24,000 bases of DNA from Candidatus Scalindua sp. (GCA_018648405.1 JABGRF010000250.1:1-24000), one strand, 5' to 3'; shown: positions 1 through 8,917, numbered from the stretch's first letter. The notes: a model not told the origin generated them from the letters alone. Program-made: numbers and translations.

Positions 1-962
1 ATGAGATCCTGTGCAATTGGCATCTTATTTAAATCAGCATCATCTATGTTTAACAGTGGTTCTGATGGCAGTGGAGTGGCTACTATTTCATCAAACCGTA
101 AGCCCATCGCCAATCCCAGCGTCTGCCTTGCCTCGAAAAGCCCTTGAGTTTTATTAATCCGGGTAGAGGTTTTTCCATGCAGGTTTGCAGCAAGTTTGCT
201 AATATCTGAGGCGGGCTGTTCCCCTGCATCAACAAGTATTTTAGTCTTCTCAAGCATATACCTGGCTCTTGTTTCAGCTTTATCAGCTATTTCAAGATTA
301 TCCATCGCCGCTACCGTATTCCAATACTCATTGACTGTAGTTAATATACTCTGAGAGGTAGTGTAGTTCAGGTCATACCTGCTTGCTTCTGTTAAAATTT
401 TCGCTGACGTTTCGTCGGCTGCGTTTGCTGCTCTTCCGCGTTCTCTTAACAGTGGTATTTTGATATCAAACGAAACTGTTGCAAGGGTTTCAGTTTTGCG
501 AGTTGTGGTGAGATGAAGTGCCAGATCTTCAGTGCTGGTCACTGTAATATCAGGGGTTAATTCAACGCCGGAACGAAACTCTTTGCTTATGTCCACACTA
601 TATTCCGTAACCCGTTCTACTGTCTCACTTGTGCCGTAGTAATTCCGGTAATATCTGTTGAGTGGAGTATGGGTGACGGTATCGCTAACGCTTGTACCTA
701 CGGTTGTATTGAATGTTCCACGCTGTATCTGCCATAATCCCTCATTTACCTTGACCTGCCAATCGTCCAGAAGAATATTTGGCTGCCTTGCTATCGTATA
801 CTGAACGGCTTCCAGTAATCTAAGATTTTTTAGATAATCACTGAGTGCCACTATGTTTTTATTCTCGTCCGCAAAAGATCTGCATTGGAAGATGCAGATA
901 GACAGAATTATGGCTATAATTATACGTAGCTGTAGTAAGATTGACTCACTCTTTTTTGTCAT
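1..962 (-). CDS. TolC/OEP-family outer-membrane efflux channel protein, N-terminal ~320 aa (3' end lies beyond the window start)
   Basis: Absent from the ORF track because it is open to the window edge. My own minus-strand translation from the ATG at 962-960 gives MTKKSESILLQLRIIIAIILSICIFQCRSFADENKN..., a signal-peptide-like N-terminus. It continues with ...LLEAVQYTIARQPNILLDDWQVKVNEG... and ...ILVDAGEQPASDISKLAANL...FEARQTLGLAMGL, which look like outer-membrane efflux protein repeats. No stop codon down to base 1. Confidence 0.65.
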   Translation of the reverse strand, partial: MTKKSESILLQLRIIIAIILSICIFQCRSFADENKNIVALSDYLKNLRLLEAVQYTIARQPNILLDDWQVKVNEGLWQIQRGTFNTTVGTSVSDTVTHTPLNRYYRNYYGTSETVERVTEYSVDISKEFRSGVELTPDITVTSTEDLALHLTTTRKTETLATVSFDIKIPLLRERGRAANAADETSAKILTEASRYDLNYTTSQSILTTVNEYWNTVAAMDNLEIADKAETRARYMLEKTKILVDAGEQPASDISKLAANLHGKTSTRINKTQGLFEARQTLGLAMGLRFDEIVATPLPSEPLLNIDDADLNKMPIAQDL

Positions 963-1416
963 TTTAAAACTATTGATTTCCACAAAGATATTCTGACCAA
1001 TCCATTTTCAAAGTATCCAGGAAGAGTTTCCTCAATTTAATGATTTGTAAATTTAGAAACTCTCAGCCGGTGCTTGGCAGGGAATAATTTGGAAATGTCT
1101 ATCCACTCGATATTGACAATTCCGTATAAATTGTGGCAAACACAAGTGGCCTGATGGTACCAAAATAGGGGAGGGCTTTCAACTTTAACTTATTAATTAT
1201 TGAATGCTATTAGAGGTTCTGAATCGATTTAAGTCTTAAGCTGTGTGCTGCATGGTTTATTCAGTTAAAGCTTGATTTAAGCAATCACTTAAGTAAATAA
1301 TATCAATGGCTGGCATACCAGGTTTTCATGAAAATACTTATTTGTAGGTAGGCTATTACATAATAAGTAAAGAAGTAAGCAGGTAGAATAAACTGGATAA
1401 CTTCAGTAATCTATCA

Positions 1417-1608
1417 CTAGCCGTTCTGCTTCCTTTTTAAGGCAACGCCTATTCCTGCACCAATAGCAACACCTACTCCAATCCCGACACCCATATTGCC
1501 TATAGCAGCACCAATCCCTGCGCCTATAGCTGTTCCAATTCCAATATAGAAACCTATCTTACGTTTTTTGGCTACGTGCTTTGTTTCTGGTTTTTCTGTG
1601 TTTTTCAT
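1417..1608 (-). CDS. small glycine-zipper membrane peptide (63 aa)
   Basis: Basic N- and C-termini flank a 40-residue (I/V/A)G repeat core: IGIGTAIGAGIGAAIGNMGVGIGVGVAIGAGIGVAL, i.e. a GxxxG/glycine-zipper pattern with AIGAGIG occurring twice. A GGAG Shine-Dalgarno sits ~8 nt upstream (attGGAGaataaATG). It starts 32 nt downstream of tldD on the same strand. Confidence 0.6.
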   Translation of the reverse strand: MKNTEKPETKHVAKKRKIGFYIGIGTAIGAGIGAAIGNMGVGIGVGVAIGAGIGVALKRKQNG

Positions 1609-1640
1609 TTATTCTCCAATATCTATTAACTCTGTATACC

Positions 1641-3002
1641 TTACCTGCCGCCAATTGTCACGTCTTTAATCCTGATATGTGGTCCTCCGTCGCTTACACG
1701 CAGGGGGGATTGTCCTCCCTTGCCACATCCACCGAGACCTCCGAACAGGACACGATCGTTGCCGATTGCATCTATGTTCATTAATGTTTCAAATACATTA
1801 CCTGTCAATACTACATCACGGACCTGCTCACAAATCTTTCCATCTTTTATTTTATATGCTTCCTCTGCACTGAAAGTAAACATTTCTGTATTCGTCTGGC
1901 CGCCAAGCGATCCCTTTGCATAAATGCCGTCGTCTACACCTGCCAACATATCTTCAAACGTTTGATCGCGGGATTCCATATATGTATTAGTCATGCGCAC
2001 AATTGGTTCACTGCCATAACTGATAGCCCTTGCATTTCCTGTCGGTTTCTCATTCATTTTGGCTGCGGTCTCTCTTGAATGCAACCGGTTGGTCAGGATT
2101 CCATCCTTTATCAGGTATGTTTTTTGAGTCGGAGTACCCTCACTGTCATACTTATTATAACCCGCTTCTCCTACTAATGTGCCATCATCTACAATAGACA
2201 ATTCATCGGAACCGAAGCGTTTTCCAAGTTTCATGATCTCGCGTAGCTTCTGGTTTTCATAGATAAAATCCGCTTCACTCAGATGTCCAAATGCTTCGTG
2301 TGTAAACACGCCGCAAAGCTTTGGGTCAACAATTACTGTATGCTTACCTGCCTCCACTGGTTTTGCAGAAAGTAGATCGACAGCTCTCTTTGTAACCTCT
2401 TCACAACTCTCTTCGAAGTTTTCGACTTTACTGTATCCCCTGAGATCTCCAATTGAATTATATGCCTGCTGTACATCCATGCCGTCTTTTGCCATTGCCA
2501 TAACTGAGACTCCACAGAATATATTTTTGCAAACTATAAAGCTTCCTTCCAGGTTTGCGAAGTAAAGCGTACTGTGGGAATCCACATATCTTACACTGGA
2601 AGTCTGGATTTTTTTTGAAGATAAGATTATGTTGTTGTACTTTTGACATAAATCGTGTTTGTCAATCAGCGAGACGTCTGCCGGGTCTACATCAACCGGT
2701 GTCTGTACAATATCGCTGATTACCCTGGTTTCTGCCAGAGCAACATCCTTATTACCAACTAGTGTAGCCTGCTCACACGCCATTTTGACGTAGCGAGGCA
2801 GGTTTTCAATATCATTGAAGGCCACAAATCCCCATCCTCCATTGACAAGGGCGCGTACACATCCGCCCATCATACTGCTTTCACCTATACTCTCCAATTC
2901 CTTTCCTACATAAGAGACTCCGGTCCCTCTTCCCTCATTAATACGTATTTCCAGGTGATCTGCTTTCGCAGATTTTAAAGCATTCTTTATCAGTTTTTCC
3001 AT
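1641..3002 (-). CDS. tldD: TldD-type zinc metalloprotease (TldD/PmbA family)
   Basis: 453 aa. Carries the HExxxH zinc motif in the TldD context (VFTHEAFGHLSEADF) and a glycine-rich C-terminus (GGLGGCGKGGQ...) typical of the family. Starts 24 nt downstream of ligA. Confidence 0.8.
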   Translation of the reverse strand: MEKLIKNALKSAKADHLEIRINEGRGTGVSYVGKELESIGESSMMGGCVRALVNGGWGFVAFNDIENLPRYVKMACEQATLVGNKDVALAETRVISDIVQTPVDVDPADVSLIDKHDLCQKYNNIILSSKKIQTSSVRYVDSHSTLYFANLEGSFIVCKNIFCGVSVMAMAKDGMDVQQAYNSIGDLRGYSKVENFEESCEEVTKRAVDLLSAKPVEAGKHTVIVDPKLCGVFTHEAFGHLSEADFIYENQKLREIMKLGKRFGSDELSIVDDGTLVGEAGYNKYDSEGTPTQKTYLIKDGILTNRLHSRETAAKMNEKPTGNARAISYGSEPIVRMTNTYMESRDQTFEDMLAGVDDGIYAKGSLGGQTNTEMFTFSAEEAYKIKDGKICEQVRDVVLTGNVFETLMNIDAIGNDRVLFGGLGGCGKGGQSPLRVSDGGPHIRIKDVTIGGR

Positions 3003-3026
3003 TTTAGTTTGTACCCCATGGTGAGC

Positions 3027-5087
3027 TTATATTTTATTTATTAAATTTTTAAAACTATCTTCATTCAAGATTGTTGTATTTAGTTTCTCTGCCTTTTCAA
3101 GTTTTGACCCCGGTGATTCACCAGCTATAAGGAAATCTGTCTTGCCGCTTATGGACGATGATACTCTGCCGCCAAGGCCCTTTATTATATCTTCTATTTC
3201 CTTCCGTGTATACCCATTTAGAGTCCCAGTTACGACAAAAGACTTTCCTGCTATGTCAGAAGCCGTATTGGTTTCGTTATGTGTAGCATTGACATTAACG
3301 TCTGCTGCCTTTAGTTTGTTGATAATGCCTTGTGTATGACTGTTTGAGAAGAAGTCTACTATGCTTTTTGCCATGATGTTGCCAATTTCAAAGATCTCTT
3401 CCAATTCTTCAACAGATGCATTCATTAGTTTATCTAGCGTACCGAATTGTTTTGATAATACCTCTGCAGCATGAGAACCAACATTCTGTATTCCTAGTGC
3501 ACAGATCAGGCAGTGTAGATCTCTGGTCTTGCTCTCTTCAATTGCATCGATGAGGTTTTGAGCAGATTTTTCACCCATTCTCTCCAGTGGTACAAGGTCG
3601 TCAAATTTGAGAGAATAGATATCAGCGTAGTTCTTAATAATCATTTTATCTACTAATTGTTCGATCAGGGCCGGACCAAAACCTTCTATATCCATTGCGT
3701 TTCTACTTGCAAAATATATTATCCTTCTCTTCGCCTGGGCGGTGCACTGAGGATTGTAACATCTAAGATATACTTTTTCTTTGATAACAGATTCTTTGCA
3801 GGCAGGACATACTGTTGGCACAGGAAACTCTTTCTCGTCACCTGTGCGTTCTTCCCTCAAGACCTTAACTACCTGGGGGATAATTTCTCCCGCTTTGCGG
3901 ATAACGACATGATCTCCTTCGCGGATATCCTTTTTCACAATCTCATCAAAATTGTGAAGTGATGCCCTGCTTACCGTTGTGCCGCTGAGCGGGACAGGGT
4001 TTAATTCTGCCACTGGAGTCAATGTACCTGTCTTACCAACCTGTACTGTTATCGCTTCTATCTTTGTGGTTGCTTCTTCCGGGTGGTACTTATAGGAGAT
4101 AACCCAGCGTGGTGCTTTGCTGGTTGAGCCCAGTTTATCATGAAGTTCCAGCGAATTAACCTTAATTACCATTCCATCTATCTGATAATCAAGATTACTC
4201 TTTTTTGTTTCCCAGGAATTACAGTATGAGACAGCTTCATCAATATTTTTACATAATTTATAGTGTGGGTTTACGGGAAAACCGAACTCCTTTATAGCTT
4301 CAAGACATTCAATGTGGGTGGTAAATTTACTGTTTCCGCCAAATCCTAAGGCATAGGCAAACAGGCTGAGGGGTCTTCTGGCTGTTGTTTGAGGATCAAG
4401 GAGTTTAAGTGAGCCTGCGGTCGCGTTTCTGGGATTTGCAAATTGAGGTTCTCCAGCTTCTTCGCGGTTCTGATTGAGCATCTGAAAATCCTTGTCTGGC
4501 ATATAGATTTCACCACGGATTTCAATCTCCGGTGGTATCTCGATGTCATCTATGCATAAAAACCTCAATGGTATGTTCTTTACTGTTCTTAAGTTCGTTG
4601 TGACGTCGTCTCCCCTGTAACCGTTACCTCTTGTCGCGCCACGTGTGAAAACTCCATTTTCGTACAACAGCGTAATTGCTACGCCATCAATTTTATGTTC
4701 TACAACATATTCTATATCATAAACCGGTTCGACATTGTCTTCCGGTGTCGGTATCGACTGGTCATCGCTGGCACCTTTTAGCACCCGTTTGATTCTCTTG
4801 TCAAACTCTCTTAACTCCTCATCGGAATACGTATTATCTATGCTGAGCATAGGTACATTGTGTTCGAATGGTGTAAATTCCGGGACAGGTTCACCGCCTA
4901 CGCGTTGAGTTGGAGAATCAGGAGTGATGAGTTTCGGGTGGGAACTTTCAAGGCTTCTCAGCTCTATCATCAGCTGATCATATTCATAGTCCGCAATTTC
5001 CGGCATATTCTCGACATAATATCTTCCGTCGTGATATCGTATCTTTGTGCGAAGGTTTTCAATCTTCTCAATTACGTTCTTATTCAC
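3027..5087 (-). CDS. ligA: NAD+-dependent DNA ligase LigA (start probably GTG at 5087; the ORF is open to the ATG at 5261)
   Basis: Ia-domain motif RYHDGRYYVENMPEIADYEYD. Adenylation motif EHKIDG (KxDG). Four-Cys zinc finger CPACKE...CYNPQC. HhH region, and a C-terminal BRCT-like GKSFVVTGTL. Homology begins at residue ~59 of the track ORF (VNKNVIEKIENLRTKIRYH). The preceding 58 aa (..FFLFFWLRTRIS) look non-coding, and starting at the GTG gives ~686 aa, a normal LigA length. Confidence 0.9.
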   Translation of the reverse strand: MNKNVIEKIENLRTKIRYHDGRYYVENMPEIADYEYDQLMIELRSLESSHPKLITPDSPTQRVGGEPVPEFTPFEHNVPMLSIDNTYSDEELREFDKRIKRVLKGASDDQSIPTPEDNVEPVYDIEYVVEHKIDGVAITLLYENGVFTRGATRGNGYRGDDVTTNLRTVKNIPLRFLCIDDIEIPPEIEIRGEIYMPDKDFQMLNQNREEAGEPQFANPRNATAGSLKLLDPQTTARRPLSLFAYALGFGGNSKFTTHIECLEAIKEFGFPVNPHYKLCKNIDEAVSYCNSWETKKSNLDYQIDGMVIKVNSLELHDKLGSTSKAPRWVISYKYHPEEATTKIEAITVQVGKTGTLTPVAELNPVPLSGTTVSRASLHNFDEIVKKDIREGDHVVIRKAGEIIPQVVKVLREERTGDEKEFPVPTVCPACKESVIKEKVYLRCYNPQCTAQAKRRIIYFASRNAMDIEGFGPALIEQLVDKMIIKNYADIYSLKFDDLVPLERMGEKSAQNLIDAIEESKTRDLHCLICALGIQNVGSHAAEVLSKQFGTLDKLMNASVEELEEIFEIGNIMAKSIVDFFSNSHTQGIINKLKAADVNVNATHNETNTASDIAGKSFVVTGTLNGYTRKEIEDIIKGLGGRVSSSISGKTDFLIAGESPGSKLEKAEKLNTTILNEDSFKNLINKI

Positions 5088-5303
5088 ACTTATTCTCGTT
5101 CTTAACCAGAAAAACAGGAAAAATTGAGCAGAAATGCCGAAATGTACAACTGCGGCCTCTATTCGTCCATTATTTTCCAAATAATACACAAGCTTTAGAT
5201 GAAAGACAAAGATATTTTCTTTGTCGCTGTAGCTTATACCATTACACGGTTGAATCTTCATTTTGATAGTTTTTTTGTGTCATAATCCGGAATAATGACT
5301 CCT

Positions 5304-5385
5304 TGTCTTTCTGAGCGAAGCGAAGAATCTAATGTGTACAATGCTTGAATAATCGAGATTCTTCGGCTAAAGCCTCAGAGTGACA
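5304..5385. repeat. imperfect long inverted repeat (REP-like palindromic intergenic element)
   Basis: Inner perfect 10-bp stem cgaagaatct (5321-5330) / agattcttcg (5356-5365) around a 25-nt loop. The outer arms also pair partially: tgtctttctgag (5304-5315) with ctcagagtgaca (5374-5385). The core reads ctgagcgaagcgaagaatc. Confidence 0.55.
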
Positions 5386-5449
5386 TTGCGACATAGTCTA
5401 TTAGCCGTCGGACGGGTGACATTCTGCTTTCCTTTATAAGCGAAAAACC

Positions 5450-5478
5450 TTGACAATAAAATCTGTTTTTTATAGACT
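5450..5478 (+). promoter_or_regulatory. candidate sigma-70-type promoter
   Basis: Perfect -35 TTGACA (5450-5455), a 17-nt spacer, and a -10-like TAGACT (5473-5478). Lies ~210 nt upstream of the 5691 CDS. AT-rich context makes chance matches likely. Confidence 0.3.
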
Positions 5479-5507
5479 TTAGGGCTTATATTTTAAAGAT
5501 ACTCTTA

Positions 5508-5531
5508 ATCCCTTTGTAGGGATGTTTTTTT
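5508..5531 (+). terminator. intrinsic-terminator-like hairpin plus T-run
   Basis: ATCCCT (5508-5513), loop ttgt, AGGGAT (5518-5523), then G and seven T (5525-5531). The T-run follows the hairpin only on the plus strand. No plus-strand CDS lies upstream of it. Confidence 0.4.
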
Positions 5532-5690
5532 ACCTGCCTTCACATTATTTCCCGCCAGTGTGGGCAGCATAGCCTTTTTAGGCCAGGGACATATATTCAG
5601 GAACGAATTGCTCATTTCTGTTTAAATAATCTTAAAATCTTTCTATAGCCAATTGCTAATAAATCATTAACTTTGCATTAAGGGGTTGTA

Positions 5691-6476
5691 ATGTTTGGGA
5701 AAGAAAAAGAATCAAAAGAGTTTTTTGAAGTATTCAAAACACCACATGATGCAGAAGATAAATGTGACAGTAAGGTGCTTCGAAGAGAGCAGATGAATCC
5801 AACGGTCTTACCCCGACCGGGTCATAAAAAAATTGAAGAGGAGACTGTACCTGATATTATTGTAGATGAAAAGAGAGAGACGGAACAGCTTGGCTGGATT
5901 CAGGACTCGCGAAAAGAGGAAGAGGCTCCACCTGATACTAGAAAGTCTAGAAAACTATTTCTAAATGAAGTTGTTATTAAGCAGGAAACTTTGATTTTTG
6001 GTGCGTTAGGTGCGGTTTTCCTATCATTAGCGTGTTTCTTTGTCGGTTATAAAATTGGTACTAAAAATGAATTAACGCCTGAGATAGTGCAGAAATCTGT
6101 TGAATATGCTGAGTTAGAAGGAGGGGTTAAGTCGGTACCTAAGGGCAGGAAGATAAAAGCTGTAGATTTGTCACCAAAAAAACCGTTGATGGTCGCGGAT
6201 AAAAAGGCTGCAAATATTAAATGGACTCTTCAGATTATATCTTACAGCGATACAAAACAACATATTAAGAAGGCACGTGATCTGGCAAAAGCCATCAAAA
6301 ATATGACGAATTACAATACATTTGTAGCAAAGAGAGGTAAGGAAATTGTTGTATGTACGGGTAAATTTAATTCTAAGGATAGTAATGAACTAAAGAAGGC
6401 TTTGAATTCAATCAGCAAGTTAGAATACGAAGGAAAGAAGCAATTCGCAAGTAGCTATCCAATTCAAGTGCGATAA
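5691..6476 (+). CDS. bitopic membrane protein with a C-terminal SPOR-like (peptidoglycan-binding) domain
   Basis: 261 aa. Charged cytoplasmic N-terminus of ~100 aa. One TM helix LIFGALGAVFLSLACFFVGYKIG (nt ~5988-6056). C-terminal ~85 aa KWTLQIISYSDTKQHIKKARDLAKAIK...FVAKRGKEIVVCTGKFNSKDSNELKKAL (nt ~6219-6470) fits the SPOR pattern. SD aaGGGGttgtaATG. Confidence 0.6.
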   Translation: MFGKEKESKEFFEVFKTPHDAEDKCDSKVLRREQMNPTVLPRPGHKKIEEETVPDIIVDEKRETEQLGWIQDSRKEEEAPPDTRKSRKLFLNEVVIKQETLIFGALGAVFLSLACFFVGYKIGTKNELTPEIVQKSVEYAELEGGVKSVPKGRKIKAVDLSPKKPLMVADKKAANIKWTLQIISYSDTKQHIKKARDLAKAIKNMTNYNTFVAKRGKEIVVCTGKFNSKDSNELKKALNSISKLEYEGKKQFASSYPIQVR

Positions 6477-6493
6477 GGAAGAAAGGGTAAAAA

Positions 6494-6724
6494 ATGAGTA
6501 TTGACAAAAGTCTTACGTTAAAGAGTAAATTGGTCAGGCAGAGAAATGTTCTGACAAGACCGGAGCGTATCAAGCATTTATCAGATGAAGGTTTGTGGGA
6601 TGAAAAAAAATCTGTATACGGCTTGCCTAAGGTAAAAATCGAAAAGATAAAGAAGAAGGTTAAGGTGAAGAAGAAAGTAGAAGAGACCGAAGGTGAAGGT
6701 GCTGGTGATAAGGGAACTGCCTGA
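6494..6724 (+). CDS. small basic protein (76 aa), resembling the conserved small-basic-protein family I recall from the Planctomycetes-Verrucomicrobia-Chlamydiae group
   Basis: MSIDKSLTLKSKLVRQRNVLTRPERIKHLSDEGLWDEKKSVYGLPKVK followed by a Lys-rich tail. Its stop overlaps the next gene's start (TGATG at 6722-6726). The family assignment is from memory only. Confidence 0.5.
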   Translation: MSIDKSLTLKSKLVRQRNVLTRPERIKHLSDEGLWDEKKSVYGLPKVKIEKIKKKVKVKKKVEETEGEGAGDKGTA

Positions 6725-7824
6725 TGATTGCCGATCGAATGCGTGGATTTGAAGCATCCGGGATAAGAAAGGTATTCGATCTTGCACAGAAGATTAAGAA
6801 TCCGGTTAACCTCAGCATCGGACAGCCGGATTTTGATATTCCTGAAGAAGTAAAGAGAGAAGCAATAGAAGCAATAGAAGGGGGCTTTAACCGATACACA
6901 AGCACTCAGGGTATACCAGAGCTTAGTGAAAAGATTCTGGAAAAGGCAAGAAAAGAACGAGGTATCAAGGGCGAAAGCATAATGATTACTTCCGGCGTAG
7001 CCGGTGCTTTAACCCTTGCGTTTATGGTTCTTATTAACCCTGGAGATGAAGTTCTTGTACCGGATCCGTACTTTGTGTCATTTAAACATCTTGTAAATTT
7101 TTGCGGAGGCAAGGCAAAGTTTATTGACACATATCCTGATTTTGAGCTCACCCCGGAACGTATCTTGCCGTTGATTACCCCGCGCACTAAAATCCTCATT
7201 ATTAACAGTCCGTCCAATCCAACAGGTGTAGTTTACAACCCGCAACGTCTTAAAGAGATCAGCGATATTGCAAAAGAACATAACCTGATAATTATTTCAG
7301 ACGAAATATACAAGAAATTCGTTTATGACGTAGAGTATCAGAGTATTGGCAAGTATCATGAAAATACGGTAACCTGTAACGGCTTTTCCAAATCATACGC
7401 AATGACAGGATGGCGATTAGGCAGTGCAATTGGTCCTGCGAGAATTATAGATGAAATGATGAAGCTTCAGCAGTACACCTATATTTGTGCTCCATCATTT
7501 GCGCAGGTAGCCGGAGTAAAGGCCATGGATATTAATATGGATGCGTATGTAGACGATTATAAAAAGAAACGTGATTTCGTATGTAACAGTCTTAAAGAGC
7601 AGTACAAGCTGATCAAGCCTGACGGTGCATTTTATGCATTTCCTCAGGTACCGTGGGGAACTGATGAGGAGTTTGTTACGGAGGCAATAAAGCATGATTT
7701 GTTAATCATACCCGGAAGTGTTTTCTCAGAAAAGAAGACTCATTTCAGAATTTCCTACGCCGCAACATTCGAAACACTGGAACGTGGAGTTGAAATTTTA
7801 AATTCTATCGTTCAGCCATGCTGA
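6724..7824 (+). CDS. PLP-dependent aminotransferase, class I/II (aspartate-aminotransferase-like)
   Basis: 366 aa. N-terminal ...FEASGIRKVFDLA.... NSPSNPTG motif. PLP-lysine context FSKSYAMTGWRLG. C-terminal ...FRISYA.... Confidence 0.85.
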   Translation: MIADRMRGFEASGIRKVFDLAQKIKNPVNLSIGQPDFDIPEEVKREAIEAIEGGFNRYTSTQGIPELSEKILEKARKERGIKGESIMITSGVAGALTLAFMVLINPGDEVLVPDPYFVSFKHLVNFCGGKAKFIDTYPDFELTPERILPLITPRTKILIINSPSNPTGVVYNPQRLKEISDIAKEHNLIIISDEIYKKFVYDVEYQSIGKYHENTVTCNGFSKSYAMTGWRLGSAIGPARIIDEMMKLQQYTYICAPSFAQVAGVKAMDINMDAYVDDYKKKRDFVCNSLKEQYKLIKPDGAFYAFPQVPWGTDEEFVTEAIKHDLLIIPGSVFSEKKTHFRISYAATFETLERGVEILNSIVQPC

Positions 7825-7907
7825 AAACAGGACTGAGGTTTGCCGGTATATGCCGGGTTTAGAATAGGCGAGGAGTGTCTGCAATCACACTTGTAGATTG
7901 AGCTGAA

Positions 7908-8795
7908 CTAAAAGAACAACTTTATGGTATCTGCCTCTTTTTCTATATTTTCCGCCATCGTTTGCTGGAATCTACTCAGATCAGATACATCCCACTCCAT
8001 TCCAAATGTCTTGGATAGCTTTATCGCATCACCGTAAAAAAGATCGGCTTCAAAAGGCTCTCCTTCTTCCGCCTCATCCTGCATTTCGTAAACATGTGTA
8101 AGGATGTCGGCAACGTGTACAATCATCGGAAAGTTAGACTTTTTGTCTGCTTCCTGTGGGTGATGATGATAACCGACTGCGGTCAGCAGGCTTTCCGGAA
8201 ACATCCACTTCTTGAGAAGTTTCATTCCAACTTCATCATGAGTCATCCCAAAGACGTCTTTCTCTGCTTCAAAGGCTGTGTATTTTATTTTTAAAGGGTT
8301 CATGATTTCTGCCTGCATCATAAATTCACCGGGAAAGGTGATATACATGGCTAATTTCCCTATATCATGAACCAGGCCTGCTACAAATAGTTCACTGCTT
8401 TCTATCTTCATATCGACAGCAATTGTCTTTGCCGCAAGTGCGCAATAGAAGGAGTGCCTCCAGAATTTGTTAATATCAAATTTATTGTTTTTCCCCAAAT
8501 TCTTAAAACTATCAAATGCAACAGTAGATATTACCAGATTCCTGATTTCCTTGAAACCCAGGACAGTTACAGCGTGTTGAAGGGAGGATATTTCTCTTGT
8601 AAGACCATAAAATGGAGAATTGGCAATTTTGAGTATCTTCGTAGTAAGGGATACGTCCGGACTGATAATGTCCATGAGATCGTTCGCTGAGCTTTTCGGA
8701 TTAGCAGTGATCTCCATGACACGAAGTGCCACTGTTGGCAAAGTCGGTATAGATTGAAGCCTGGCAATAAGTGTTGATGCTGCTTGAGAGCTCAT
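7908..8795 (-). CDS. HDOD-domain signalling protein
   Basis: 295 aa. LPTLPTVALRVMEITANPKSSANDLMDIISPDVSLTTKILKIANSPFYGL...SSLQHAVTVLGF, followed by GLVHDIGKL, the typical HDOD layout. Confidence 0.8.
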   Translation of the reverse strand: MSSQAASTLIARLQSIPTLPTVALRVMEITANPKSSANDLMDIISPDVSLTTKILKIANSPFYGLTREISSLQHAVTVLGFKEIRNLVISTVAFDSFKNLGKNNKFDINKFWRHSFYCALAAKTIAVDMKIESSELFVAGLVHDIGKLAMYITFPGEFMMQAEIMNPLKIKYTAFEAEKDVFGMTHDEVGMKLLKKWMFPESLLTAVGYHHHPQEADKKSNFPMIVHVADILTHVYEMQDEAEEGEPFEADLFYGDAIKLSKTFGMEWDVSDLSRFQQTMAENIEKEADTIKLFF

Positions 8796-8917
8796 ATTGG
8801 TAAATCCTCTAACTTTTAAATAATTTTGTCAAAAACTATATTTTAATGCCTGTTTTCTCACCGTAATAATTCACTGCACATGTACGCCAGGTCCGGAGGG
8901 TGAGACCGCTCCTCTTT

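Noticed and set aside
963-1416. 454-bp non-coding gap between the glycine-zipper gene and the TolC-like gene, checked for ncRNA, a promoter or a terminator
   Set aside because: I found no convincing hairpin with a U-tract, no conserved RNA motif and no strong promoter by eye. It is left unannotated rather than guessed.
6630-6720. Purine-rich, repetitive-looking DNA (aagaagaaggttaaggtgaagaagaaagtagaag...)
   Set aside because: It is explained by the Lys/Glu-rich C-terminal tail of the small basic protein. It is not a tandem DNA repeat with a defined unit.
7842-7860. Possible terminator between the convergent aminotransferase and HDOD genes (gCCGGtatatgCCGGgttt)
   Set aside because: Only 4 G-C pairs plus one G-U wobble and a short T-run. 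Too weak to call, though the location is appropriate.
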